A stretch of 64,000 bases of DNA, taken from an uncultured Chloroflexia bacterium. Its GTDB lineage: Bacteria > Chloroflexota > Limnocylindria > Limnocylindrales > CSP1-4. Both the position numbers and the translations under genes were made by a program. Below, piece after piece: positions 39,010 through 48,674 of this stretch; position 1 is the stretch's first letter; each line of letters opens with the position of its first letter. Location of the stretch: positions 1,376,001 to 1,440,000 of the forward strand of contig CAVPPB010000003.1 of the NCBI GenBank assembly GCA_963707215.1, written 5' to 3'. Below the pieces are notes generated by a model. That model saw nothing but the letters and a program-made list of their open reading frames with translations. It searched no databases and was not told where the DNA came from.

Positions 39010-39691
39010 ATGACCGCCGCGACTCGCGTCGCCGACCCCGGGAGCTGGCGCCCGCAGTCGTTCGGGGGCCGTCGCGCCCAGGAGATCCCCGACCCGCTGA
39101 TCGAGCCGCTCTGGGACGGCGACCGGGTCCTCGTCCACGCATCCTCCGCGGGGATCGCGATCCTCGACGCGGAGGGGGTCGACGTGGACGCTCTGCCCGA
39201 GGTGGCCGGCGCGGTCGCCGATGCCCTGATGGCGGAGGACGCCGTCATCGACGGCTACCTCACGCCCCAGGCGGCCCGCTCGTCGGAGGGCGCCGTCCTC
39301 GGCGAGGTCAAGGTCCCGACCTCGCGCGAGATGACCGCCCAGATCTTCATCGGGCGGGGGCGCGACCGACGCCGCGAGCTGGCCGAGTCGGAGGCGCCGG
39401 TCGTCCGGCCCGGCGACCCGCTGGTGCTCGTCTGCGTCGACCTGCTCGCCATCGACGGAGCAGCCCCTCCTCGACGTCCCCCTCCTGGAGCGCAAGCGCC
39501 TCCTGGAGAGCGCGATCGACGAGAACCTGCTCGTCCGCATCGGCGCCTACGTCCGTCCGCCGGTCGACCCCTGGATCGGCTCGTGGCGGGCCCAGGGCTT
39601 CCGGGCGCTGGCCTACAAGGCGGCCAACAGTCGCTACCGCCCCGGCGAGGCGAACGAGGCCTGGGCGACCGCCCAGATCCCGAGGCGCTGA
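39010..39691 (+). CDS. ATP-dependent DNA ligase adenylation-domain-like protein lacking the catalytic Lys (frameshift near 39465)
   Basis: EPLWDGDR, AVIDGY, VDLLAIDG, then in a shifted frame LLDVPLLERKRLLES and K...SRYRPG. Confidence 0.7.
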
Positions 39692-39782
39692 GCGCCCGAA
39701 CGACCCTCCCGGGCGACCTGGCGCGGTCCGTCCCGCGAGCGTCGTCCACCGCCGGGAGGCCGGCGATGGTAGGGTCTACGTG

Positions 39783-41190
39783 ATGCCAGCGTCGTCCCTC
39801 ACCCCGGCCGTCCGCGAGGAGATCGAGCACCTCGGGAAGGCCGACATCATGGTGGGCATCCCGAGCTTCAAGAACGCCGCGACGATCGGCTACGTCGTCC
39901 GGGCGGCCCAGGCCGGGCTGGTCCAGTACTTCCCCGACCTGCGTCCGGTGCTGGTCAACGCGGACGCCGACTCGCCCGACGGCACCCAGCGCGTCGTCGT
40001 CGAGACGGAGCCCCCGGACTACGTCGAGTCGATCCTCCTCGTCCGCCCCACCAACCGGCTCAACCGGGTCAGCCTGACCTACCCAGAGGTCGACGGGGTC
40101 GGCGGCAAGGGAGCGGCCCTGCGGACGATCTTCGAGATCGCCGCGGCCCTCGAGGTGGAGGCCCTCGTCGTCGTCGACTCGGACCTGCGCTCGATCGTGC
40201 CCGAGTGGATCGAGCTCATCGCCGGTCCCATCCTCAAGGGCGGCTACGACTACGTGGCCCCGCTCTACTCGCGCTACAAGTACGACGGCACGATCACCAA
40301 CACGGTCACCTACCCGCTGACCCGGGCCCTCTACGGCCACCGCATCCGCCAGCCCATCGGGGGCGACTTCGGGGTCAGCGGCGACCTCGTCCGGCACTAC
40401 CTCGAGGTCGACGACTGGGACAGCGACACCAGCAAGTTCGGCATCGACATCTGGATGACGACCCACGCCCTCACCGGCGGCTTCGCCGTCTGTCAGTCCC
40501 GCCTCGGCTCGAAGGTCCACGACCCCAAGGACCCGTCGGCCGACCTCGGGCCGATGTTCCGCCAGGTCGTCGGGACGATCCTCCGACTGGCCGTCGACAA
40601 CCACGCTCGCTGGGACGCCATCGAGGGTAGCCATGCCGTGCCCGCCTACGGCTTCGAGCGGATCGCCGACCCGCCGCCGCTGGAGGTGAACGTCCTGCGG
40701 CTCCTCCAGGAGTTCAACGCCGGGGCGATCGCGCTGCCGGCGACCTGGCGGCGGATGCTCGCCCCGAACACCCTGACGACGGTCCTGGCGCTGGCCGACG
40801 AGGCCGGCAAGATCTCCGAGGCCGGCGGCGCCCGGCTCCTCAAGACGGCTGGCGCCGGGGCGCCGACGACCGCCGAGATGGCCGCGGCGATGTCCGACTT
40901 CCACTTCCCGGACGACGCCTGGGCGCGGGTCGTCTACGACCTGGTCGTGGCGGTCCGCGACGGCGCCGTACCGACCGAGGAGATGGTGACCGCCCTGGTG
41001 CCGATCTACTTCGGGCGGGTCGGCTCGTTCATCATCGAGAACCGGGAGCTCACGACCGACCAGGCCGAGGAGCGGGTCGAGCGCCAGGCCCGCGAGTTCG
41101 AGCTGCTCAAGCCGTACCTGCGCAAGCAGTGGGCCCGAATCGGCCGCCGGGCCGGAGGGCGGAACCGACCTCGAGGTGGCACCCTCGTGA
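39783..41190 (+). CDS. GT-A glycosyltransferase, glucosylglycerate/mannosylglycerate synthase-like
   Basis: VGIPSFKNAATI, DADSPDGT, GKGAAL, DSDLRSI.PEW, PLYSRYKYDGTITN, QPIGGDF, FGIDIWMT, KVHDPKDP. Confidence 0.75.
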
Positions 41191-43156
41191 CCCCCCGCTC
41201 GCCGCTCCCGGACCGGATCCTCATCCCGGTCGCCAACCCGGCCACCGCCGAGGAGCTCATCAAGCTCGGCGCCGCGCTGCTCGACCCGCGCGGCGGGGAG
41301 CTGACCGCCCTGGGCATCGTCGAGGTGCCCGAGGGGATGCCGCTGTCGGAGGGAGCGACCCGGGCCCGCCACGCCCGCCGCCTGCTCCAGCGGGTCCTCG
41401 ACTTCGCCCCCGAGGGGACGCCGATCCACCCGATCGTCCGGATCGGCCGGCACGCTGCCGAGGGCATCATCGAGGCCTCGGCCGAGCAGGAGACGGACGT
41501 CATCATCTTCGGCTGGGGCGGGCGCTCGTCGGGTCGCGACGGGCGCGAGCGCAAGGGCCGCGACGGCGCTCCGTCGGTCATCAGCCCGACGATCGACGAG
41601 GTCGTCCGGGAGGCGCCCTGCGACGTCGCCGTCGTCAAGCAGCGTGGCAACCTCGCCATCCGGCGGATCCTCGTCCCGGTCCGTGGCGGTCCCCACGCCG
41701 AGCTGGCCCTGCGCTTCGCGGCGACCATCGGCGAGCGTCACGGCGCCGAGGTGCGGGTCCTCCACCTGCTGCCGTCCGGGGTCACCCAGGCGATCCGGGC
41801 CCAGGCCGAGCGCGCCCTGCAGGCCTTCGTCAAGCAGAACGTGACCGTGTCGGTCGAGACGATCCTGCGCGAGACCACGAACGTCCGGACGACGATCCTG
41901 CGCGAGGCGGAGAAGGTCGACATCGTCGTCATGGGCGCCTCGGCGGTGCCGGGCGGCGACGAGGGCGGGCAGCTCTTCGGGGCGCTCCCGGAGTCGATCG
42001 CCCTGCGCGCCAAGCCGACCGTCGTCGTCGTCAAGACCCGCGAGCCCATCGGCCGGGCGACCTTCGACCAGCTGGCCCAGAAGGCCGAGTCCCTGGCCGC
42101 CGCCGATCGGGCAGCCGAGGAGGCCCGGGCCGTCCCGCTCCGGGTCGAGCGCTGGTTCGCCGAGTCGAACTTCCACCACGCCGAGTTCCAGGATCTCGCT
42201 CGCCTGGTCCAGCTCAAGCAGCAGCAGAAGCTCACCGTCAGCCTCGTCCTGCCGACCCTCGACGAGGAGGAGACCATCGGGGCCGATCGTCCGCCGTGCC
42301 AAGCGCGACCTGGTCGAGCGGTTCCCGCTCGTCGACGAGCTCCTCGTCATCGACTCGGCATCGAGTGACCGGACCCGCGCCATCGCCGAGGAGGAGGGTG
42401 CCCGGGTCGTCGTCCACCAGGAGGTCCTGGCGCGCTACGGCTCGTACCGCGGCAAGGGCGAGGCCCTCTGGAAGTCGCTCTACGAGACGACCGGCGACCT
42501 CATCGTCTGGGCCGACACGGACGTCCGGAACTGGCACCCGCGGATGGTCTACGGGACCCTCGGCCCGCTCCTCCACGAGCCGCGCCTCCAGTACGTCAAG
42601 GGCTACTACCAGCGGCCCATCGTCGAGGGCGGGATGCTCAAGGAGGGTGGCGGCGGCCGGGTCACCGAGCTGGTCGCGCGGCCCGCTCATCAACCTCTTC
42701 TTCCCCGAGCTGTCGGGCTTGATCCAGCCGCTGTCGGGGGAGTACGCCGGGCGGCGCGCGCTGCTGGAGCAGATCCCCTTCTTCACCGGCTACGCGGTCG
42801 AGATCGGGCACCTCATCGACATCTCGGAGCGGGTCGGCATCGAGCACCTCGGTCAGGTCGACCTGGAGCGCCGCGTCCACCGCAACCAGGAGCTCGAGGG
42901 CCTCTCGCGGATGAGCTTCGTGATCATGCAGGCGATCATGAAGCGGCTCGAGGAGCGCCGGCGGGTCCGCCTGTTCGCCGAGCTCGGCTCGACGATGAAG
43001 CTGCCGCGCTCGGGCAAGGGCCGGCTGGGCCTCGAGGTCCTCGAGATCGCCGACCACGAGCGCCCGCCGATGATCCGCATCCCCGAGTACCTGGAGCGCC
43101 GCACCGCGGCCGAGGCCGAGCTCACCCCGCTGGCGCTCGAGCCCACGGTCGAGTGA
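41187..43156 (+). CDS. gpgS: USP-USP-glucosyl-3-phosphoglycerate synthase fusion (frameshifts near 42283 and 42680)
   Basis: Two USP domains (RILIPVANP; RILVPVRGGPHA); SLVLPTLDEEETIG, GKGEALWKSL, VKGYYQRP, GGGRVTELV, QPLSGEYAGRR, GYAVEIG, HRNQ. Confidence 0.8.
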
Positions 43157-44512
43157 CCTCGACGCCTCCCCCGGTCGACGACCCCGGGCGGCCGCTCACC
43201 GTCGTCGTCGCGCCCGGATTCGTTCAAGGGCTCGCTCACCTCGGTCGAGGTCGCCCGGGCCATCGCGACCGGCTGGTCCCGCGCCCGTCCCGGACGACCG
43301 GGTCGAGACGATCCCCCTGGCCGACGGCGGCGAGGGCACGCTGGCCGCCATCGAGGCGTCCGGCGGCTGGGAGTGGCGGGAGGTCGAGGCGACGGACCCG
43401 ATCGGCCGACCCGTCCGGGCCCGCTGGCTGCGGCGATCGGATGGCGGGGCCGCCGCGGTGGAGCTGGCCGAGGCGTCGGGGATCTCGCGGTTGACGACCG
43501 ACGAGCGCGACCCGGCCGGGGCCACGACCCTCGGCACCGGCGAGGTCCTGCGCGCGGTCCTCGACGCCGGGGTCCGCCACGTCGTGCTGGGGATCGGCGG
43601 CAGCGCTACGACCGACGGGGCGGCCGGGTTGCTCCGCGCGCTGGGGGCGACGGTCGAGCTGGGAGAGGCGGCCCGACCGGCCAGACCTGCCCGGGCTGCT
43701 GGCGACCCGGCGGCTGGCGACCCGGCTCTCGCCGCGGATCCCGGGTCGCCCACCGCGGATCCCGGGTCGCCCACCGCGGATCCCGGGACGCCCACCGCGG
43801 ATCCCGGGACGCCCACCGCGCCCCGCGTCGATCTCTCGGGCCTCGATCCCCGCCTCGCCGAGGTCGAGCTGCGGATCGCCTGCGACGTCACCAACCCGCT
43901 CCTCGGGCCGGACGGCGCGGCCGCCACCTACGGACCCGCAGAAGGGCGCGAGGCCCGATGACGTCGCGGCGCTCGACGCCCGGCTGGCGCGCTACGCCGA
44001 CGCGCTCGAGGCCGAGACCGACCGCAGCGAGCGGGACACTCCCGGCGCGGGCGCGGCGGGCGGTGTCGGGTTCGGGCTGCTCTGCCTGCGCGACCGCTTC
44101 GCCTCGCTCGAGCTGGTGCCCGGCGTCGACCTCGTCATGGAGGAGACCGGGCTGGCCGCTCGGCTGCGCGAGGCCGACCTCGTCATCACCGGCGAGGGCC
44201 GCGTCGACGCCCAGACGGCCTTCGGCAAGACGGCCCTCGGGGTCGCCCGACGGGCCCATGCGGCCGGCAGTCCCCTGCATCGTCGTCGGCGGCGGGGTGA
44301 CGCCTGACGGGATCCACGCGCTCGGCGACCTCGGGGCGGTCGTCGTCCCGGTCAGCGAGGGTCCGGGCTCGGTGGAGGCCGCCATGTCGGCAGGCCCCGG
44401 CCCGGTCGAGCGCTGCGGCGAACGGATCGCCCGACTCGTCTCGCTGGGCCGCGCGGCTGGGCTGAGCGTCTCGGTCACATGGCCCCGGACCCGAAGCGTG
44501 GTGGTTGACTAA
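43153..44512 (+). CDS. glycerate kinase (GlxK/GarK family), several frameshifts
   Basis: VVAP/DSFKGSL, ADGGEGT, ELAEASG, GTGE, GIGGSATTDG, ACDVTNPLLG, GAAGG, ADLVITGEGRVDAQTAFGK. Confidence 0.85.
43732..43820 (+). repeat. in-frame 21-bp tandem repeat x4 (ADPG[S/T]PT) inside glycerate kinase
   Basis: ccgcggatcccggg(t/a)cgccca units starting at 43732, 43753, 43774 and 43795. Confidence 0.95.
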
Positions 44513-44534
44513 GTCACTGGACTAAGTCCAGTAT
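44505..44534 (+). promoter_or_regulatory. vapBC promoter/operator
   Basis: TTGACT -35 at 44505; GACTAAGTC at 44507 and 44520; palindrome ACTGGACT-A-AGTCCAGT at 44516-44532; CAGTAT -10-like hexamer 6 nt before the ATG. Confidence 0.75.
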
Positions 44535-44540
44535 CCCAGC

Positions 44541-44768
44541 ATGACGACCGTCAACGTGCACGACGCCAAGACCCACTTCTCCGAGTTGCTGGCGCGCGTT
44601 CGACGAGGCGAGCGGATCGTCATCGCTCGGGCCGGGAAGCCCATCGCGATGCTCACGCCGCTGGATGAACCACGCGAGCGCCGGCGACCCGGGATGGATC
44701 GCGGTCGACTGGCCATCGGCGCCGACTTCGACGAACCGCTGCCGGGGTTCGAGGAACTGGGAGGTTGA
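44541..44768 (+). CDS. Phd/YefM family antitoxin
   Basis: VNVHDAKTHFSELLARV..GERIVIARAGKPIA. Confidence 0.92.
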   Translation: MTTVNVHDAKTHFSELLARVRRGERIVIARAGKPIAMLTPLDEPRERRRPGMDRGRLAIGADFDEPLPGFEELGG

Positions 44769-45151
44769 GGCTCCTCCTCGACACCCACTCCTACCTGTGG
44801 TGGACGATCGACGATCGCCGGCTGTCCGAACGGGCGCGGTCGGTCATCGAGGACGGCCGCAACGAGATCCTCGTGAGCGTCGCGTCCGCCTGGGAGCTCG
44901 CGATCAAGGCGACCCTTGGACGGATCACGACGCCAGAGCCGATCGATGACTTCCTCCCGGACAGCCTCGTTCGGAACGGGTTCCGGCCCCTCGCGATCGA
45001 GCTGCCTCACGCGCTCCGGGTCTCGCGTCTACCGATGATCCACGGTGATCCCTTCGATCGCCTGCTGATCGCCCAGGCATTGGTCGAGGACGTCCCGATC
45101 GTCACCTCCGACCCCGCGATCACCAGGTACGACGTGGAGACCATCTGGTGA
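44765..45151 (+). CDS. vapC: VapC PIN-domain toxin
   Basis: LLLDTH..LW, SVASAWELAIK, HGDPFDRLLIAQA, IVTSD. Confidence 0.92.
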   Translation: MRLLLDTHSYLWWTIDDRRLSERARSVIEDGRNEILVSVASAWELAIKATLGRITTPEPIDDFLPDSLVRNGFRPLAIELPHALRVSRLPMIHGDPFDRLLIAQALVEDVPIVTSDPAITRYDVETIW

Positions 45152-46020
45152 CCGAGAGCACGGAGCGTCGGACGCCTCGCTCGCGATCGACCCGAACGGG
45201 CAGGACCCGGTCTGCGCCTGCGAAGCGCCGAGCCCGCAAGCCGGCCGACCCCGGCAAGGCCTGGGCGAAGCGGCTCGAGCGGACCCGGCCCGGCCTGCTC
45301 GATGACACGCTGGCGGCGCTGGCGACCGTCCACGGCACGCCGACCTGGGAGCGCCGTCTCGACCCCACGAGCGAGCTGGTCCTGACGATCCTCTCGCAGA
45401 ACAGCGCCGACGTGAACGCCGAGAAGGCCTTCGAGTCGCTCCGGGCCGCCTACCCGTCCGACCGCCCGGCCGAGGAGCACAAGCCGGGCAAGGGCTGGGG
45501 CGGGGCCGGCCTGTCGACGGCGGCGCCGCCCGACTGGACGGCCGTCGAGAACGCCCCGCTGCCCGAGCTGGTCGAGGTCATCCGACCCGGCGGTCTCGCC
45601 CCCCAGAAGGCGCCCCGGATCCAGGCTGCGCTGCGGACCATCCGCGAGGCGCGGGGCGACCACTCGCTCGAGTTCCTGGCCGGGCTGCCGCCGCTGGAGG
45701 CCCGGGCCTGGCTCACCGCGATCGACGGGATCGGCAAGAAGACCGCCTCGGTGCTGCTGCTCTTCTGCTTCGGGACGCCGCTCATGCCGGTGGACCGCCA
45801 CGTCGAGCGGGTCTCGCACCGGATCGGCCTCATCCCGCCCAAGGCCGGAGCCGACGAGGCCCACGACCTCTACCTGGCGATGCTCCCCGGCGACCGGATG
45901 TACGAGACCCACGTCAACCTGATCCGCCATGGCCGGGTCACCTGCCACGCCCGCCGCCCGGCCTGCGACGCCTGCCCCATCCGGTCCCGCTGCCGCTTCT
46001 TCGACCGCAAGGCCCCGTAG
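45148..46020 (+). CDS. nth: endonuclease III (HhH-GPD, 4Fe-4S) DNA glycosylase
   Basis: LVLTILSQN, GIGKKTASVLL, PVDRHVERV, C-X6-C-X2-C-X5-C. Confidence 0.88.
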   Translation: MTESTERRTPRSRSTRTGRTRSAPAKRRARKPADPGKAWAKRLERTRPGLLDDTLAALATVHGTPTWERRLDPTSELVLTILSQNSADVNAEKAFESLRAAYPSDRPAEEHKPGKGWGGAGLSTAAPPDWTAVENAPLPELVEVIRPGGLAPQKAPRIQAALRTIREARGDHSLEFLAGLPPLEARAWLTAIDGIGKKTASVLLLFCFGTPLMPVDRHVERVSHRIGLIPPKAGADEAHDLYLAMLPGDRMYETHVNLIRHGRVTCHARRPACDACPIRSRCRFFDRKAP

Positions 46021-46064
46021 GGCCGGGGGGCGGTCGGATCGCGGACGGGAGGCGCCTCGGCCGC

Positions 46065-46397
46065 CGCCGCCGCGGCAGCCCGCGACTCGCCGCACCGGAT
46101 ATCGGCCGCTCCGATCGGATGGGCGGTCAGCGTGCATGGACGCCTGCCCACACGGTCGGCGCCGAGCGCACGTCACGCGTGCTGACCCCGCCCCGCATCG
46201 GCCTGACCGATACGGAGGCCCAGGATCGGCCGCCGCCGCGGCAGCCCGCGACTCGCCGCACCGGATATCGGCCGCTCCGATCGGATGGGCAGTCAGCGTG
46301 CATGGACGCCTGCCCACACGGTCGGCGCCGAGCGCACGTCACGCGTGCTGACCCCGCCCCGCATCGGCCTGACCGATACGGAGGCCCAGGATCGGCC
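46065..46397. repeat. 166-bp tandem duplication, each unit carrying a 111-bp palindromic element
   Basis: 46065-46230 matches 46231-46396 with one substitution; ATCGG-N5-CCGAT at 46101, 46197, 46267 and 46363. Confidence 0.92.
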
Positions 46398-46501
46398 ACT
46401 GCGGTGACCACACGGCATCGAGCGGAGTGCGCGAGCCTCGACGCGCCCGCCGCCAACGGCCCGTGGAGCGGCAGCGAAGCCCCGCACCGTAGAACGTCTC
46501 C

Positions 46502-47350
46502 GTGACGACGATCGAGCTGGACCCACGAGCAATCGGGCGGGCGATCAGGCACCTCCGGCGCACGGTCGGGTGGACCCAGGCCGAGCTCGCTCGACGGGCC
46601 GGCTCGTCCCAGGCTGCGATCTCGGACATCGAGCGCGGCAGGACCGGTCAGCTGGCATGTCGGACCGCCGCGAGGACGCTCGAGGCCCTGGGAGCGCGGG
46701 TGCTCCTGGCCGTGGATGCACCGTTCCTGGCCGACCGCGAGCACCAGCGGGACGCTGCCCATGCGAGGTGTGTCGCCTACACCGCCGGACGACTCGAACG
46801 GGCAGGCTGGGATGTCGCGACCGAGGTCGCCATCGGACGAGGCCGACCACGAGGCTGGATCGACGTCATGGGCCACCACCCGCAGACCGGCCTGGTCCTG
46901 GTGATCGAGATCAAGACGGAGCTGCACGACCTTGGTGCGGTCGACCGCCAGCTGCAGCGATACGAGGGGGTCGCCTGGGCCGCAGCCCGCGAGCGCGGGT
47001 GGCGGCCGAGAGGGGTGGCGGGTGCCCTGCTCGCGCTGGCCACGGATGCGGTCGACGAACGCGCCCGCGCGAACCGCGAGCTCTTGCGGCGATCGTTCCC
47101 GGGTCGCGCAGGCGAACTCGATCGCGTCATTCGTTCGGGCGGGCTCCCTCGCGATGGGCGACGGTTCATGGCCCTGATCGACCCGCTGTCGAGACGCTCG
47201 GTCTGGCTCCGACCGCTTCGAGTCGATGGCCGCCGAGCCGCCGCGCGGTACGCCGACTACGCATCGTTCATCCGGGCGCGCGCCGACCGAAGCCGCGCTG
47301 CGCGCCACGGCCGGCCGCCGGGCGGCACCGCGGGACGAGCGAGGGACTGA
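46502..47350 (+). CDS. XRE-type HTH plus PD-(D/E)XK nuclease-like protein
   Basis: IRHLRRTVGWTQAELARRAGSSQAAISDIERG; E..I...GWIDV......LVIEIKTEL.D......Q..Y. Confidence 0.8.
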   Translation: MTTIELDPRAIGRAIRHLRRTVGWTQAELARRAGSSQAAISDIERGRTGQLACRTAARTLEALGARVLLAVDAPFLADREHQRDAAHARCVAYTAGRLERAGWDVATEVAIGRGRPRGWIDVMGHHPQTGLVLVIEIKTELHDLGAVDRQLQRYEGVAWAAARERGWRPRGVAGALLALATDAVDERARANRELLRRSFPGRAGELDRVIRSGGLPRDGRRFMALIDPLSRRSVWLRPLRVDGRRAAARYADYASFIRARADRSRAARHGRPPGGTAGRARD

Positions 47351-47441
47351 TCGCGAGCCAGCGGGACCGCCGGATCCCTGGCCTCCTCGACCGACCGCCC
47401 TGATACCGGCCGCTGCTCGCCCGCCGCGCCGCCCCGGCCGC

Positions 47442-47498
47442 TGCTCGCCCGACCGGTCGCCGCTCGCCCGACCGGTCGCCGCTCGCCCGACCGATCGC
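47442..47498 (+). repeat. 19-bp tandem repeat x3
   Basis: (c/t)gctcgcccgaccg(g/a)tcgc at 47442, 47461 and 47480. Confidence 0.85.
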
Positions 47499-47505
47499 CG
47501 CCCGT

Positions 47506-47616
47506 ATCGGCAAGGCCGATGCCCCCGAGGCTCAGCGATCGTGAACGCGGCTTGAACGAGGCCGACCTGGCGCCCGAAGGAGCACACTGATCTCGCTTGG
47601 CATCGGGCGCACCGAT
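47506..47616. repeat. diverged inverted copy of the 111-bp palindromic element
   Basis: ATCGG-N5-CCGAT at 47506 and 47602 (96-bp spacing, as on the left side); TCAGC, CGTGA and GCAC.CTGA blocks in register with the reverse complement of 46101-46211. Confidence 0.8.
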
Positions 47617-47786
47617 ATCGCGCGCCTCGGCGGCCCCGCCCACGCACCGGACCATCGCGGCCTGCCACCCGCACCCACCGCGCCACCCGCACCGCCCCCC
47701 TACCGCGCCTCGGCGTCCGGCCCCGCGACCCGCCCCCGCACCCGGCCGCACCCGGCCGGGCCCGCGCCCGTCCCTATACTCGGGCC

Positions 47787-48674
47787 ATGCTGACCGGCGG
47801 CCCCACCGGCACCCGCGGCCCCGGCGAGAGGCCCACCCCGCCCCGCATCCTGCTCGTCGACGACGACCCCAACCTCCTCGTCCTGCTCGCCGAGCAGCTC
47901 CGCTCCGACGGCTACGAGGTCCAGACGGCCCGCGACGGCGAGGAGGCGCTTCGCCGGCTGCGCGGTGGCTGGCCCGACCTGCTCATCGTCGACATGATGA
48001 TGCCCCGCCTCGACGGCCTCTCCCTGGCCCGCGAGATCAAGGCCCAGGCCGACCTGCCGATCATCGTCCTCTCGGCCATCGACGCCGGCGACAGCAAGGC
48101 CGACCTGCTCGAGGAGTTCGCCGAGGACTACATCACCAAGCCGTACCACTACCCGGAGCTCCGGGCGCGGGTGAACCGGGTCCTGCGGCGGCTGGGCGAC
48201 AAGGTCCCTCGGGCCAGCCTCGTCCTGGGCCCGGACCTGACCCTCGAGCTCCACCGCAAGGTCGCCATCGTCCGGGGCGAGCCCGTCCAGCTGACGCCCA
48301 CCGAGTCGCGGCTGCTCTACGCCCTGGCGGCCAACCTCGGCCAGACCGTGCCCACCGACACGCTCCTCGCCCGCGGTTGGTCGGAGGCCGAGGACGCCGA
48401 GCCGTCGTACGTCTGGGTGACGATGCGTCGGCTTCGCCGCAAGGTCGAGGTCGACCCGGATCGCCCGGTCCACCTGCTGACGGTGCGGGGGATCGGCTAC
48501 CGGCTGGTCCGGGTCGAGGACGACCGAGCCGAGGACGACCGAGCCGCCGAGCCCGAGCCCGAGCGCCAGGCCGAGTCCGAGCCCGAGCGCCAGGCCGAAC
48601 CTGAGCGCCCACCCGAGGCCCAACGCCCGACCGCCACGCCGACCACGCGCCCTACCACCGAGCCGCCCGCGTGA
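47787..48674 (+). CDS. OmpR/KdpE-family response regulator
   Basis: ILLVDDDP, DLLIVDMMMPRLDG, DYITKP, LTPTESRLL, LRRKVEVDP...TVRGIGYR; repetitive low-complexity tail. Confidence 0.93.
   Translation: MLTGGPTGTRGPGERPTPPRILLVDDDPNLLVLLAEQLRSDGYEVQTARDGEEALRRLRGGWPDLLIVDMMMPRLDGLSLAREIKAQADLPIIVLSAIDAGDSKADLLEEFAEDYITKPYHYPELRARVNRVLRRLGDKVPRASLVLGPDLTLELHRKVAIVRGEPVQLTPTESRLLYALAANLGQTVPTDTLLARGWSEAEDAEPSYVWVTMRRLRRKVEVDPDRPVHLLTVRGIGYRLVRVEDDRAEDDRAAEPEPERQAESEPERQAEPERPPEAQRPTATPTTRPTTEPPA

Noticed and set aside
38964-42368. 1134-aa ORF as a true GT-USP fusion
   Set aside because: A GAGGTGG RBS and a GTGA overlap at 41187-41190 suggest two genes joined by an indel. The N-terminal 273 aa are a shadow frame.
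14825-44512. Many frameshifts (oxidoreductase, Ycf45, GNAT-like gene, pdxS/pdxT ends, ligase-like gene, gpgS, glycerate kinase) read as programmed frameshifting or mass pseudogenisation
   Set aside because: They are 1-bp indels, mostly in short G/C runs, in otherwise well-conserved genes with no consistent slippery motif. Long-read consensus error is the simpler explanation; reads are needed to confirm.
46065-46397. 166-bp repeat or 19-bp repeats as a CRISPR array
   Set aside because: There are no unique spacers between identical repeats and no cas genes.
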